Below are positions 42,454 through 53,500 of a DNA stretch of 64,000 nucleotides, one piece after another. Numbering within the stretch: the first letter of the stretch is position 1; each line of letters starts with the position of its first letter. The notes under the pieces were generated by a model. That model was not told the origin of the DNA and did no database searches. It worked only from the letters and a program-made list of their open reading frames with translations. A program made the position numbers and the translations under genes. This stretch comes from a virus. The stretch lies in IMG/VR virus record IMGVR_UViG_3300045988_152944. One strand, 5' to 3'.

Positions 42454-43506
42454 TTAATTGTCGCCCGTAATAATTGTATCATCCAGTGAGGCAATTTGTG
42501 TCCAACTGAAATTGATTTTGTCGGGCTGATAACCGATGTTGTCGGTTGGTTTGTTTGAACCGCTGGTGATTTGCACAATGAAGGCTTGCCCTTTGCGGTC
42601 TTTGATTAATTTTGGATTTTTCGACGCCACAACTTTACGCCATTCTTGCAACATCATAACCTTTTGGTTGGTAGTTAAATGAGATTTCCAAGGAAGTCTT
42701 TCCAGATAACCTTGTGCATACGGAATCTTCTCCTCCTCGGTTAAACATCCCAAATTGATAATTTCGCTGCCCAAATAACAACTTACAGAACTGGAAATGT
42801 TATTCTGGCGGCCGTGAGCGAACCTCGGGAACTGACCAAGCGTCTTTTGTTCTGTTTTAGAAATGTTCTGCGCTTGATCGCCTGATTCTACGTCATATTT
42901 GAACAACCAAACGTTCGTCGGGTTTGCTATGTAAGCTTTTTTGATAGCTGGGCTGGCCGTGTCTATTTGAACCGGCGTGAGCTCTGTTAAGCTCCAGCAA
43001 TCCCAATCTACTTTTATTGGTTGTGCCAGTTTTTGAATCGCAGTTGGATTACCTTCGGCAGAGTAAGCAATATATTGATATTCTCGCCCAGCGGTGACGT
43101 TGAAGTCGTACACCGTCGTTTGAGTAGTTCCAATCGCCACCGGTGAATAGTACGTAATACCATCGGCCACCTCTTTTTTGTAAATCGAATAAGAGTTACC
43201 TGGAGTACCAGGAGCTATTTTATATACCCCATAATCGGCTTCTGCATGGAAAGTCTCGTCTGTGATTATCAAATAGCCAATTTCGCCATTGTCGTTAAAC
43301 AACTTAGTATAACTTGTAGGCGTTTGCACGTTTGTGGGAAAAGTTTCGCCGTCCCACTGTTTTTGGTAAAAATACGACACCTTTTGTTTGGTGTCATAGC
43401 CAATGGTATAAACTCCTGTATCTGCATTTGGTATATCGTACGTCTCAGACTCTGCGGAGCGACCAGAGAACGAAATTTCACAATATCTGTTTAATCCTTC
43501 TTTCAT
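42454..43506 (-). CDS. tail or baseplate structural protein (350 aa)
   Basis: ATGA coupling to the upstream gene. Confidence 0.55.
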   Translation of the reverse strand: MKEGLNRYCEISFSGRSAESETYDIPNADTGVYTIGYDTKQKVSYFYQKQWDGETFPTNVQTPTSYTKLFNDNGEIGYLIITDETFHAEADYGVYKIAPGTPGNSYSIYKKEVADGITYYSPVAIGTTQTTVYDFNVTAGREYQYIAYSAEGNPTAIQKLAQPIKVDWDCWSLTELTPVQIDTASPAIKKAYIANPTNVWLFKYDVESGDQAQNISKTEQKTLGQFPRFAHGRQNNISSSVSCYLGSEIINLGCLTEEEKIPYAQGYLERLPWKSHLTTNQKVMMLQEWRKVVASKNPKLIKDRKGQAFIVQITSGSNKPTDNIGYQPDKINFSWTQIASLDDTIITGDN

Positions 43507-45248
43507 GATTGCCCCTCCTGTTCTTGTGTCTGTGTAACCTTGAGCGTAATATACGTCGAACCGTCGGGCTTTTTAAGGTACCAAGTTCCGGAATTGCCGT
43601 CAGTGCCGTCCTCGTATGAGAGGGTACAAGTTTCCAATCCTGTATATAAATCGTCAATATTTTTCATATAACAATCAATCTTGAGTGTTTTATTAGTTAA
43701 TTGTGGATGACGTTTGACTTGTGCCATATGGGTATCAGTGTCTTTGTTCCAACCTTCTACCCAGAATTTGGTATCGTCCCATGTGGCGGGCTCTTGGGTT
43801 TGCACTACGCGAGGCCCCGCCGGAGTATCGATTTGAACCCGTTTTAGGTCGGTCCAGACGTTGTATTGCCCGCCTGTGTTGGTCGGCTTCTCCTTCTGCA
43901 AACAACATATTCCAATTTCTCTCTTTGCTTTGGTGTTAATTAAGTCGTTGATGTTGGTATAGCTTATGAGTTCCTCACCCGTGTTTGGGTCAAACGGATG
44001 GGAATAATTTAAATATTCAAGCTCTGCGTTGCCATCCTTGGTTAAATCGCCCGTTGTGTCATCAGCCCAAGATTTAGGTTGCAAATAAAACGCTTCCGTA
44101 GTTGTTGTGGCTAGTGGGAACAAAGTTGATCCAACGCAATCAAGCGTAGTGGAGCTGCTCTTAATCGTGCATTTGAGACGGTTGCGCAGGGGGTTAAAGG
44201 AAGCAACTGGTTTATAACAAAGGCGACCTCCGATAGGCAAGTACATGTCCGACGGATTATAACTACCGGCCCAATACCACAAACCCGCGTACCTCGTGTC
44301 GCTCCAAGCACCGCCAACAGCAAGAACGGAGCTACTGACGTCCGTGTAGTCGCAAAAATAAGTTGTGTTGCCACTTCTGGCGATTTCTGTTACGTATTGT
44401 ATAAGTGGGTTGCGTCCGAGCGGTTCAACCTTTTTAATCCAGCCGTCACCCACCGAGCAGTTACCTTGATAAACGTACGGTGCATCAATTTTGCCAGCGA
44501 TATAAGACACAGGGTCTGTGCAAACGTAAACTTTGTCAGAGGAGAAAGATATACCGTCGCACCAAGTAAAAATATTACCCCACAAATTCTCAATACCGCG
44601 ATACTTACACGCATGTTTGCCATCGGCATTGCTTTCTGGTGAACCGGACGGAGTGATAACGCTGTCTGTGGCACCCGTATTTGTTGCTGCCGAGTTGTTA
44701 TTCACATAGCCGTACATAATCGACTGGCAATTGGTGGTTTTCATTTCGATCAACCATAGCTCCTTAATAATCAAGTCAATTAAAAAATCGTATTGTTGAT
44801 AACCTGTGCCGTTTGCTTTACACGCCGTGCGGAAATTATCGCAAGTAATCTTTGTAAGTACGGTTTGCCCGCTCTTGGAATAAACGCGCTCCGACGACCC
44901 ACTTCCCTCATATTTGCCAACCATTACATAGTCAATCTCTTTTTCTCCGATTTTGAACAAAGTGTCAAAGCCCTCATGTTTCGTTCCTGACAATTGGTGC
45001 TTATAGGTGCCATCTACGTTTTTCGTGATTTTGCTGTAAAACTTTGGGATTTTAACAAAAACATTCCCAAATTTGTCTGTCACCTCTTCAATATCGCTCC
45101 AAGGATAGCAACTATCAAAATCGCTTGTGATTTCCGAGGTGCCAACTGTTATATTCAATCCCACTGCATCATCCACACGTATAAGCGCATTGGGATCTTG
45201 AGAACCAACAAGGTTTACGCCGTAAATTTTTTCTATATTTCCTTTCAT
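43503..45248 (-). CDS. tail protein with an FGE/C-type-lectin-like ligand-binding domain (581 aa)
   Basis: ENLWGNIFTWCDG and VGGAWSDTRYAGLWYWAGSYNPSDMYLPIGGRLCY resemble the NxxGNVWEW / GGxW...AG...G(F/G)R pattern of the FGE-sulfatase (CLec) fold. Confidence 0.6.
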   Translation of the reverse strand: MKGNIEKIYGVNLVGSQDPNALIRVDDAVGLNITVGTSEITSDFDSCYPWSDIEEVTDKFGNVFVKIPKFYSKITKNVDGTYKHQLSGTKHEGFDTLFKIGEKEIDYVMVGKYEGSGSSERVYSKSGQTVLTKITCDNFRTACKANGTGYQQYDFLIDLIIKELWLIEMKTTNCQSIMYGYVNNNSAATNTGATDSVITPSGSPESNADGKHACKYRGIENLWGNIFTWCDGISFSSDKVYVCTDPVSYIAGKIDAPYVYQGNCSVGDGWIKKVEPLGRNPLIQYVTEIARSGNTTYFCDYTDVSSSVLAVGGAWSDTRYAGLWYWAGSYNPSDMYLPIGGRLCYKPVASFNPLRNRLKCTIKSSSTTLDCVGSTLFPLATTTTEAFYLQPKSWADDTTGDLTKDGNAELEYLNYSHPFDPNTGEELISYTNINDLINTKAKREIGICCLQKEKPTNTGGQYNVWTDLKRVQIDTPAGPRVVQTQEPATWDDTKFWVEGWNKDTDTHMAQVKRHPQLTNKTLKIDCYMKNIDDLYTGLETCTLSYEDGTDGNSGTWYLKKPDGSTYITLKVTQTQEQEGQS

Positions 45249-48200
45249 GCCTTATCGCCCCCTTGTAATGTTAAGAAATTTTCTGGCAACGCCAATGAAA
45301 TGCGTAATTTATCTGTGTTGCCAAAACGGTCACCAATATCAACCACATATGTGAAGATGTCGCCACAGAAGTTAGCATCCAACTCCACCTGTGTGTGGAA
45401 TTCTATGTTACCTTCCTTGTTGGTAACCATTTTACTTGGAGTTTGTGTGATATCAGTAATCTGATTAACTTTGTATTTAAAAAATCGCTTCAGTTGCGCT
45501 CCTTCTAAGGGGAGTGCCATTTTTGAAGCAGCCTTCCACGAGGGCGTTGGCACGAGGTTCCCTGTGGCGTTTACCTCATCAACCCCTTGCAAACCAACGT
45601 ATGGTGGTGCCGTTACCACACCATCAGCAGTACTAAGCTTGATTGCTTGATTATTTTCGTCCTTTGATAAAGCAGGATAACCATAATCTTGAATGCCCAA
45701 TTTAACCGAATGTGTCTTACAATCAAACTCTCCTGAAAACTGTGCTATCAAGTCGGTAGGATCGATAGTAACCTCAATCTTAATACCCATTAACAATATA
45801 TTACCAAGTTCGTCTTCTACGATTAACACAATATAGTAGACATTAGGTATCGCTTGATGTTGGTTAACCGCCTTAGACGTCGGTCCGTCTAATCCATAAA
45901 AGGTTGTTTTAATGGCGCCATCATATTGCTTGCCTGTATCTTGAATTATATTACCATACGCATCGACCAATAGCCAGCGATATGAAGTCCAAAATTTGTT
46001 TTGTGCTTGTAAATATTGACCACCGACTTCGATATAACGACGATCAACTTTTTGTGAACACAAAATCGGCACTGTTAAAATTTCTCCACCGGATTCTAAT
46101 AGAAACTCGTGTCCATGCTCGTTGGCGACCGCCAGATTCTCTAAAACCCAAGGTACGAGACGCGGTGAGTCATAAGCGTAAAACGGCGTTTCATCACTTG
46201 ATTTAAAATTGGTACGAATTTCATATTTTAATGGATTGATTGAGGAGTAAGACGCTGTTGATGCTGGCGATTCTGGGTTGTAGGTAACCGCCCAGTTAGT
46301 GGTGTCAACATCCGTAGCTTTAATAACCGTACCATCGGAAACATATAATCTCGCCCCCGCTTGTAGCCCAACAAACGGAGAAACATAGACCTTGCCAGCA
46401 CTATTTTTGAAAATCTCACCATGGAACTTATCGTCTGCGTCAGGGTAGATCGCCAAAGGTTCTTCTTCTGTAAATGTAATTGGGGCGCCTAAAGATAAGA
46501 TGTTGTTGTCACCGGTTGCTTCTGCTTTGGAAACGATATTTTGATTGGTAAACGAACCATCTTTGACGAAAAATACTTTGCCAATATACGAAGAAACCTT
46601 ACGATAGGCGTAAGCCATCAAAAATGTAAACTTAGGTATATTCTTGCCGTTAGCTCCTTTCGATGTGGTGAAATTAATCGTAAAATACCCCGTTAACGGG
46701 TTGGCCGTCGAATTTTCTTCATTCCAAATAAGCACCGACTGGCCGCCATAATCTGCCGTATAACTATCTTGTTCTTCGTCGTGTTTATAGTTGCATAAAG
46801 GGGTTGTCTGAAGTGCGTTGCACTTGGCGTTAAACTTGTCAATCTTGTCTTTGCCCTCAACCTCGTAAGAATAGTTCTCTTGAGTATAACTTGCTCCACT
46901 TGCTGTCAATGCAAAATTGATTGACTGATCGACAGAGTTTTGTGAGGTCATGTGTTCTGGATCGTTGGAATATTTATATACTGCGAAATGTGTGGCGGGA
47001 TTTACTCCATATAGGTCATCATTGCTAAAGCCGCGCGAATCCCCAGAAATGGGATAAATATGCCCTAGGCTCTGACTGTATGATTCTATATAAGTGCGTG
47101 TGCCCACCTGGGCAGATGGTGTAAGAAGAAGTTGATATTGCGCATTCTGATTTTGAATATGGTGGGAGTAATACACATTAACGCCATCAGTCCACACGTC
47201 ACGACCGGTGAATAATGTGAACCCTTTCCAAGTTTTTTCCGCCCATATCCCGTTTATCTTGTCTATCAATTGATAGTGCTCTATCCCCCCCGTAATAGCG
47301 TGGGAATAATAAACATTAACGCCATCAGTCCAAATGTCGGTACTATCAAATGACGTCAATCCGCCCCAAGTTTTAGATGCCCACGTATCGGTAAAATGAC
47401 CGTCGGTATCTTTAGTTAAATAATGAGTATACTTGTAATATATCTCATCGTTGGTTTGCCAAATCTCGTTTCCCGCCGTTGGGGTAATGCCATGCCATGT
47501 TTGAGATTCCCAAATGGCATTTTCGCCTAAATAATATTGTTGGTTGGTGTTTAGTGAATAATAAATCTTTTCTCCGTCGGTCCAAACGTATCGACCCTGA
47601 AAACTTGTCAGTGGTCCGTCCCACGTTATCTCTTCCCATTCGGAACTGTTTGGGTTAAGCCAATATTGATACAGGTAATCAGAATAATATATCTTGTTAC
47701 CATCAGTCCAAATGTCGGTGCTATCAAACGACGTCAGTTTGTCACCCCAGTCTTTTGTGTGCCACGTGGATGTGCTTTTGTCTAATTGATATTGTTGCTC
47801 GAAATGGGAGTAATATATGTTTTTTCCATCAGTCCAAACATAGCTTCCATCAAACTGTGTTAATACGCCCCATTCTTTGTTTGCCCACGTGTTCCCAGGC
47901 ACTTCTCTTAACAACTGCAACCATTGTTTAGCATAAATCTTATCACTTATCGGACCTTGAATTCTGTCTTCGGTTGAACCCAGAATTGTTCCACTAGTTA
48001 ACAGTGTGTCAAACTCGGAATCGGCCATTTCGTCGTAGTTGATTGTACGCGCAACAAGTTTTTGGGAACCTGCGTCCTCTGAAGCGGTAGGTTTCGGTTC
48101 TATAGTGATCCCTTTAGAACCGGAGTATAAGGTTATTTGCCATTTATATGTCTTGCCTTTGTTAGACAAAGATAGCTGGTGCTTGTCGCAATCTACCCAC

Positions 48201-48835
48201 ACACCGTCTGTGGATTCGACCCACTTCTCATTTTTGTATTGAAAAATGCTTCCCGCGTGTGTGTATCCACTTTTAACGTAGATAATATCATTTTCTGTCA
48301 GCGCAGGGGCAGCCGCAACACCAGATGTGGTTACGGTGTAGAGCTGGTCTTTGGCTACAACCGTATCCCCTACAAATATGAGAGACCCGTCAATCACCAT
48401 TGGTTCGTAGGTTTGAGAATCTTTCTCTTTTACATAAAGTTGGCCATTGTCACCTATTTTGAACTTGCGCCCTTCCGTTACTAATGGTTCTGACTGATAA
48501 TAATCCACATACTTTGTTGCCCTAAAATAAATTGCATTATAGGATGTGGTGATTTTGTCGTCAAAATGCTGAATAAATGGGATACGCAATTCGCTTCCAT
48601 TTAAACCATCTATATTTGTTACAATTGGTAATTCACTAATAGGGCTAATCTTATTTTTATTGCTCTTGTTTGGAAATACCAGCGTATTGTTTTCGTCGTA
48701 AACCTCAATCTTGTAACCCGTGATTGCAATATTTGACGTGTCAATTTGGCAAGTGAAATATTTTTCACCATCCGGGATGGTTAAATCCACGGGTTCAAGA
48801 TAAGGGTAACAATAAGTAGGTTTATAAACTGCCAT
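45245..48835 (-). CDS. large tail/baseplate protein (~1196 aa) with an inserted block of propeller-type repeats
   Basis: The start was moved to ATG 48835 (MAVYKPT), preceded by GAAGGAGG. ORF residues ~320-576 carry 6 copies of the same W.DG.NIYYS..QYQLDK repeat seen in the protein at 36379-38415. Confidence 0.7.
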   Translation of the reverse strand: MAVYKPTYCYPYLEPVDLTIPDGEKYFTCQIDTSNIAITGYKIEVYDENNTLVFPNKSNKNKISPISELPIVTNIDGLNGSELRIPFIQHFDDKITTSYNAIYFRATKYVDYYQSEPLVTEGRKFKIGDNGQLYVKEKDSQTYEPMVIDGSLIFVGDTVVAKDQLYTVTTSGVAAAPALTENDIIYVKSGYTHAGSIFQYKNEKWVESTDGVWVDCDKHQLSLSNKGKTYKWQITLYSGSKGITIEPKPTASEDAGSQKLVARTINYDEMADSEFDTLLTSGTILGSTEDRIQGPISDKIYAKQWLQLLREVPGNTWANKEWGVLTQFDGSYVWTDGKNIYYSHFEQQYQLDKSTSTWHTKDWGDKLTSFDSTDIWTDGNKIYYSDYLYQYWLNPNSSEWEEITWDGPLTSFQGRYVWTDGEKIYYSLNTNQQYYLGENAIWESQTWHGITPTAGNEIWQTNDEIYYKYTHYLTKDTDGHFTDTWASKTWGGLTSFDSTDIWTDGVNVYYSHAITGGIEHYQLIDKINGIWAEKTWKGFTLFTGRDVWTDGVNVYYSHHIQNQNAQYQLLLTPSAQVGTRTYIESYSQSLGHIYPISGDSRGFSNDDLYGVNPATHFAVYKYSNDPEHMTSQNSVDQSINFALTASGASYTQENYSYEVEGKDKIDKFNAKCNALQTTPLCNYKHDEEQDSYTADYGGQSVLIWNEENSTANPLTGYFTINFTTSKGANGKNIPKFTFLMAYAYRKVSSYIGKVFFVKDGSFTNQNIVSKAEATGDNNILSLGAPITFTEEEPLAIYPDADDKFHGEIFKNSAGKVYVSPFVGLQAGARLYVSDGTVIKATDVDTTNWAVTYNPESPASTASYSSINPLKYEIRTNFKSSDETPFYAYDSPRLVPWVLENLAVANEHGHEFLLESGGEILTVPILCSQKVDRRYIEVGGQYLQAQNKFWTSYRWLLVDAYGNIIQDTGKQYDGAIKTTFYGLDGPTSKAVNQHQAIPNVYYIVLIVEDELGNILLMGIKIEVTIDPTDLIAQFSGEFDCKTHSVKLGIQDYGYPALSKDENNQAIKLSTADGVVTAPPYVGLQGVDEVNATGNLVPTPSWKAASKMALPLEGAQLKRFFKYKVNQITDITQTPSKMVTNKEGNIEFHTQVELDANFCGDIFTYVVDIGDRFGNTDKLRISLALPENFLTLQGGDKA

Positions 48836-49025
48836 TTGGACCTCCTTCAATTACCGAGGAATCCTCGGCTGTTTTACCTTTTTTACTTTGAAATTTTTTG
48901 CACTCGGTTGGGCAAAATGAGATGCAATTCTTAATGCGGTCGCTTTCGGTTGCGGCACACAAATAAAAATTCCCATCGGGAATTAAAAATTTACATTTTT
49001 TATTAAATCGATTTGTGTCTGGCAT
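48822..49025 (-). CDS. small Cys-rich protein (67 aa)
   Basis: GGGAGG RBS and 5 Cys residues (C11, C23, C34, C38, C42). Confidence 0.5.
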   Translation of the reverse strand: MPDTNRFNKKCKFLIPDGNFYLCAATESDRIKNCISFCPTECKKFQSKKGKTAEDSSVIEGGPNGSL

Positions 49026-49063
49026 ATCATTGCCTCCCGAAGAAAAGTATTGTTTTATTTGTT

Positions 49064-49095
49064 GTCTGGGGGCTAATTAACTTAGCCACCCAGAC
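49064..49095 (-). terminator. 13-bp hairpin after the gene at 49108-50538 (no clear U-tract)
   Basis: Minus strand reads GTCTGGGtGGCTAA-GTTAA-TTAGCCCCCAGAC, followed by AACAAATAAAAC. Confidence 0.35.
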
Positions 49096-49107
49096 ATTAA
49101 AAATGAA

Positions 49108-50538
49108 TTAAGTTGTGGGTTCGCTATCATTTAGCGTGGTTTTAATTCCAAATAGTTTTATATCACCTGTGGATGAATTACGCGTAATCGAAACTTGTAA
49201 CATAATCTTCCATTGTTCTGCAGTCTTGGTCGCATTCTTAAAAACGTGATTTGCCCCCATTTTGACCGCCGTGGTCATATCTTCCCAAGCGGGTTGTGCA
49301 TCGTTGCCATTGTTACATACCAACACTTCTAAATCTGCGCCAAAGGGTTTGGTATAATCTAGTTCTACGTTAATTGCTGTAGGTTGTGTTATTGTGGATG
49401 GACTCGCAGTATATTTAAGTTGCAAAGTCGAGTTTTTGACAAAATGCTTCGTTTGTGTAACTGTTTGTTCACCCTTAATCGCGGTAATTTGAATGGCATT
49501 ATCTCCATTTGGTACAGCAGCCCATAGTTCATTTGTTAAAGCGAAGGTTTGTTCCTCATCCCCTGTTGCGGTATAACTACGCACTTGTGTTTGATTTAAT
49601 GTCTCAACCACGGTGACGCCGGTTGCATTAAGTATATTATACTTATAAACAAATGGAAAAACAAACGTGCCCAAGGGGTCGTTGTTACCAACAATCTCCA
49701 CAGGGTATTGAAGCTGGTATATCCCATCACTATCAGGCTGATCAGAAACAGGGAGCGTGGAGTTTAAGTTACACAGTGGCCGCACCCCGCCGTACCCGAT
49801 GTACGCATAATCGTAGTCCAGCGAACCAGCCGCAAGGACAATACGGACAAAGTACGATTTCGACGAATCTGGTGTTCTCAATAAATAATAGTGAGCTGAA
49901 TCCGCTGTAACGCTTGACGAGCCCGAATGACTGTTGTTATCTTCTGCACAATAGTTGGATATTTTCGCTATTCTAATTGCGTTTGTATTTGCTTGAAAGT
50001 ATTGTAACAGCGAGCCTTCCATAATCGAGTTTTCGGCTTGATTAAAAAGTTCTGCCAACGACGGTAAAAAAATCTTCCTTACAAGCGTGTCGTAACCGCC
50101 ATCGTCCGTTACGGTGTTGCGTGCGACCTTGATTGTGGTGTCTTGAATTGCAGAAACAAATCTTGCGTCAAAACCCGTCAAAAACCCTGCGTCCGTGTCA
50201 TAAGGGTTTTGTGACACAACGTTCGTGCTGTTTGGAGACTGGTCTGTCGCGTGTTGTGGGGAATACCATTGTCCCGCAGAAGCCGTCGAGTTCAACCAAT
50301 GATCTATGTTCGATACGGAATAGCGGTTATTGCCGTAATCTCGTCTATTGCTGTCCGTGTTGTTCGGCTCTTTTGCGTCAAACGCACGCAGTAAAATGAG
50401 TTCGTCCGTGATGAGCGTTGTCGAGTTTTCGGGATAACCCGTATGATTTTGGTCGCACTTGAGAAATACGATATCCCCCATCACAGAGTGTGGTACTTTT
50501 ATTTTTGCCCCGATGGGCAGACTTCCTAATGTTGCCAT
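49108..50538 (-). CDS. tail-associated protein (476 aa) with a GGVRPL-motif domain
   Basis: GGGAGGAG RBS. HYYLLRTPDSS...YIGYGGVRPLCNLN is shared with the protein at 29428-30060. Confidence 0.6.
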   Translation of the reverse strand: MATLGSLPIGAKIKVPHSVMGDIVFLKCDQNHTGYPENSTTLITDELILLRAFDAKEPNNTDSNRRDYGNNRYSVSNIDHWLNSTASAGQWYSPQHATDQSPNSTNVVSQNPYDTDAGFLTGFDARFVSAIQDTTIKVARNTVTDDGGYDTLVRKIFLPSLAELFNQAENSIMEGSLLQYFQANTNAIRIAKISNYCAEDNNSHSGSSSVTADSAHYYLLRTPDSSKSYFVRIVLAAGSLDYDYAYIGYGGVRPLCNLNSTLPVSDQPDSDGIYQLQYPVEIVGNNDPLGTFVFPFVYKYNILNATGVTVVETLNQTQVRSYTATGDEEQTFALTNELWAAVPNGDNAIQITAIKGEQTVTQTKHFVKNSTLQLKYTASPSTITQPTAINVELDYTKPFGADLEVLVCNNGNDAQPAWEDMTTAVKMGANHVFKNATKTAEQWKIMLQVSITRNSSTGDIKLFGIKTTLNDSEPTT

Positions 50539-50562
50539 AATTGACTCCTCCCATCTAATTTA

Positions 50563-53500
50563 TTATACGCAATATACATACTTACCCTCCGCGTCATATT
50601 GTCCTAACTCTAATACACAGTCGGTTAAATCCTCAAATGTCTTATATCGTTTTGTGCCTTGTAGTGTCTCGGTTACTAACTGAGTAATATAACCACTGTC
50701 GTTTTCTAATTCGCTCACCTTGGTTGGCATCGTCGGTATATAACTATTGACAATTGTGAATTGCCCACGCGTATCGGTTCTTAATGGTTTATAAGAATAC
50801 TCAATTGGCTCCGTCGGTTTGGTTGCAGCTTTAATTTTGAGTGTAAAATTGGTCAGACTTAATGCCAATAGCGCTATTGGAGTGTTCACGTTCATAATAA
50901 TATCAGTACGCGACGAAATCGAATAATCTGAAATGGTGTAAGTATAATAACCACTTTCTGCAACCCATTTATCAACCGCAAAAGTGCCGGTGGTTTGTGA
51001 AGATGTGTATTGAGCAAAGGCTACACTATCGGTTGATGATATGCCAATCGTAACCGTCCCATCATCCGCTTTATTCAGAGATATTGGAGAATTATAGTCC
51101 AAATTTTGGGCTGTTAGATACTTAGCATCATTTTGTAGCTCACTAACTTTTTGTGGTACATAAGAGTTAAATAAACGCAGTAACCCTTCTTCTTCCGTGT
51201 CAAGGATCTCCATACTAAACGGAATATTTGCCACCTTAGCACGCTTAAACTGGACATACCCCTCTTGTCTGTCAACGATTTGAATATTTTCACTGTCATT
51301 TAAATATACTTTTATCGCAGATTCAAGTTTGATATTCTCGTTTGAGTAGGTGTAGGTTACGGGCGCCATCCCCGAAGTCGTTAAAGAAAAAAGCTTTGAG
51401 AAAACATATTTAGGGTCACTCCCCGAACTTTGATCTCTGCCGAACACAATTATTGTCCCAGCCGGTGCAACCTCAGGTATGTTTGAGGTCAATACATAAG
51501 CCATAAAAGCCATTGGAAAGGCCTGTACCTCCTCTTCGGTTGTTGGCTGATAGGTGTATATATGGAGCTTATTACCTTCAATCTCTTCGGCGCCCACATA
51601 CGGCATCAGCAAAGTTTTGCGTATATCAGGACTATCTGTTTTTGTGCACAAAACATCTATGGTAATAGAAGTTCCTGTTAAATCCGAAGGGAACGTATAT
51701 CCGTAAAAATTAACTGCCGACATTCCTTCAAGCTCCGAAGAGGGTGTTAACGTGCTACATTTTATCCAATCGGGAGCGGTGGCCGACATGGTTGCGCTTA
51801 TGACTAAAACAATATCGCCCGCTTTATACGTTGCACTATCAGATTTGTAAACATATAATGCCGCCCCTTCGACGCCGTTGTTATCTATTTGAGCATATTT
51901 GTAATACACATCAGTTGTTTCGTTAAATACCATTTGAAGAGGGGTATTGGTATCTGGCTCGGTAGCTAAAATTATATTTACAACCACCGATTGTCCATCA
52001 AAAGCCCAATACCCAATGTTTTTCAGTTCGTCCGCCGTCGCGTGTCCAATCAATAAGGTGTTTTCTTTTGTCTTATCGATAGTGTGTTGCACCGTGCTAT
52101 CGAAAGTCATCAATATAGTTTCTGTTGTGGGTAAGATTTCTCCTTCAACGTGAATTTCATCAGTTGTCCACTTGTCTATGGCGAGCGTGTCTTTAATCGC
52201 GGTATAGTTTACCCCCTTGCCAGACATTCCGCCGCCAACAGAATTTAACAATTCAATATAGTGATATTGCGTAATGCCCAAATCAGCAAACGTTGACTCG
52301 CTATAAGCCAAATTCGCCGCACCGGGATTAGCATTAGAAACCAGGTTAGTCGATTTGAGTCCAGTTAACTTACTATCTTTCACCGTGATGGTTGCAGACT
52401 TTAATTCATATGTGGATGCACCGTCTGTTCCCTGCTGTGTGCCACCAACAACGTTGGCATCAATAGCATCCAGAGCTGCACTCATTGTAAAGATTGCGGT
52501 CAAGGGATAAGGCGTGGTGTCAAGTTTAACGACATAAGTCTTTCCGTTTTCTAAAGCCGTAGTGATAGGCACCGTTGTCCAATCCGTAGGCTCTGGTGTA
52601 ATATTACCAAGATCGATAAGACCACTGGGTTGCGGATTTTTAATAAATCCGTTGATTTTTACTTGTGTAACAGTTCCGATGTTGCTCGTGAAATTCTGAT
52701 CGTTATCAAGTTGGCTCACTTTTGTCGGTATTTGTCCTACAGTGGCATAATCCATATCGTTCGTGAGCTGGCTAATTTTAGTAGGAACCTGAGATTCGGT
52801 AATATAGTGAGCATCATTGTCTAGTTGACTCACCTTCGTGGGTATATTGGGTAAATAATTATTGACTACTATGAATTGCCCTTGATTGTTCGTCTCCCTA
52901 ACTTTGTAAGTATATGGAACTGAGGTTGTGGGTTCTGTGTCGCGAATGATAGTGATGTTATATTTGGACACTCCGTGTGCTTTAATTTGCCCATTGTCTG
53001 ACACTTCCATTAACACGTCACTGGTCTCTGTAATTGAGTTATCACGAATAGTGTACACAACCCCAGGAGCGAGTTTTAAACATGCCCCCGCTTGACCATA
53101 AAACACAGCAACAAATTTGCCATCGCCATAGGCCACATCCCAATAATCACTAGTTGTTTTACCTAACGAGGTCCAATTAATACCATCGCGAGAATACGCG
53201 GCGGCATAGCCATCTCCTATGGTTGCCACAAACAAACCATTACCATAGACCACGTCCCCCCAAAACCCGCTTGCTGGCAATTTTGTCATCGTCCAGTTGA
53301 TCCCGTCGGAAGAATAGGCCGCATTATTACTCTCACGTTCAACAGCTACAAATACGCCATTGCCATAAGTAATACTTCTCCAGCCGGCAGATGGGAACAT
53401 GGTGGTCTGTTCCCAAGTGATTCCATCGTTTGAGTAAGCTAAATTACCCCCTTCATAACTAACGACAACAAACTTATTATTACCATATGCGATGTCGAGC

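Noticed and set aside
42423-42578. N-terminal extension of ORF 41163-42578
   Set aside because: It overlaps the 3' end of the upstream gene in another frame. A perfect AGGAGGTG-ATG start exists at 42422.
44208-44327. An active diversity-generating retroelement targeting the lectin-fold tip
   Set aside because: No reverse transcriptase and no template repeat are visible in the window. Only the fold-level resemblance is reported.
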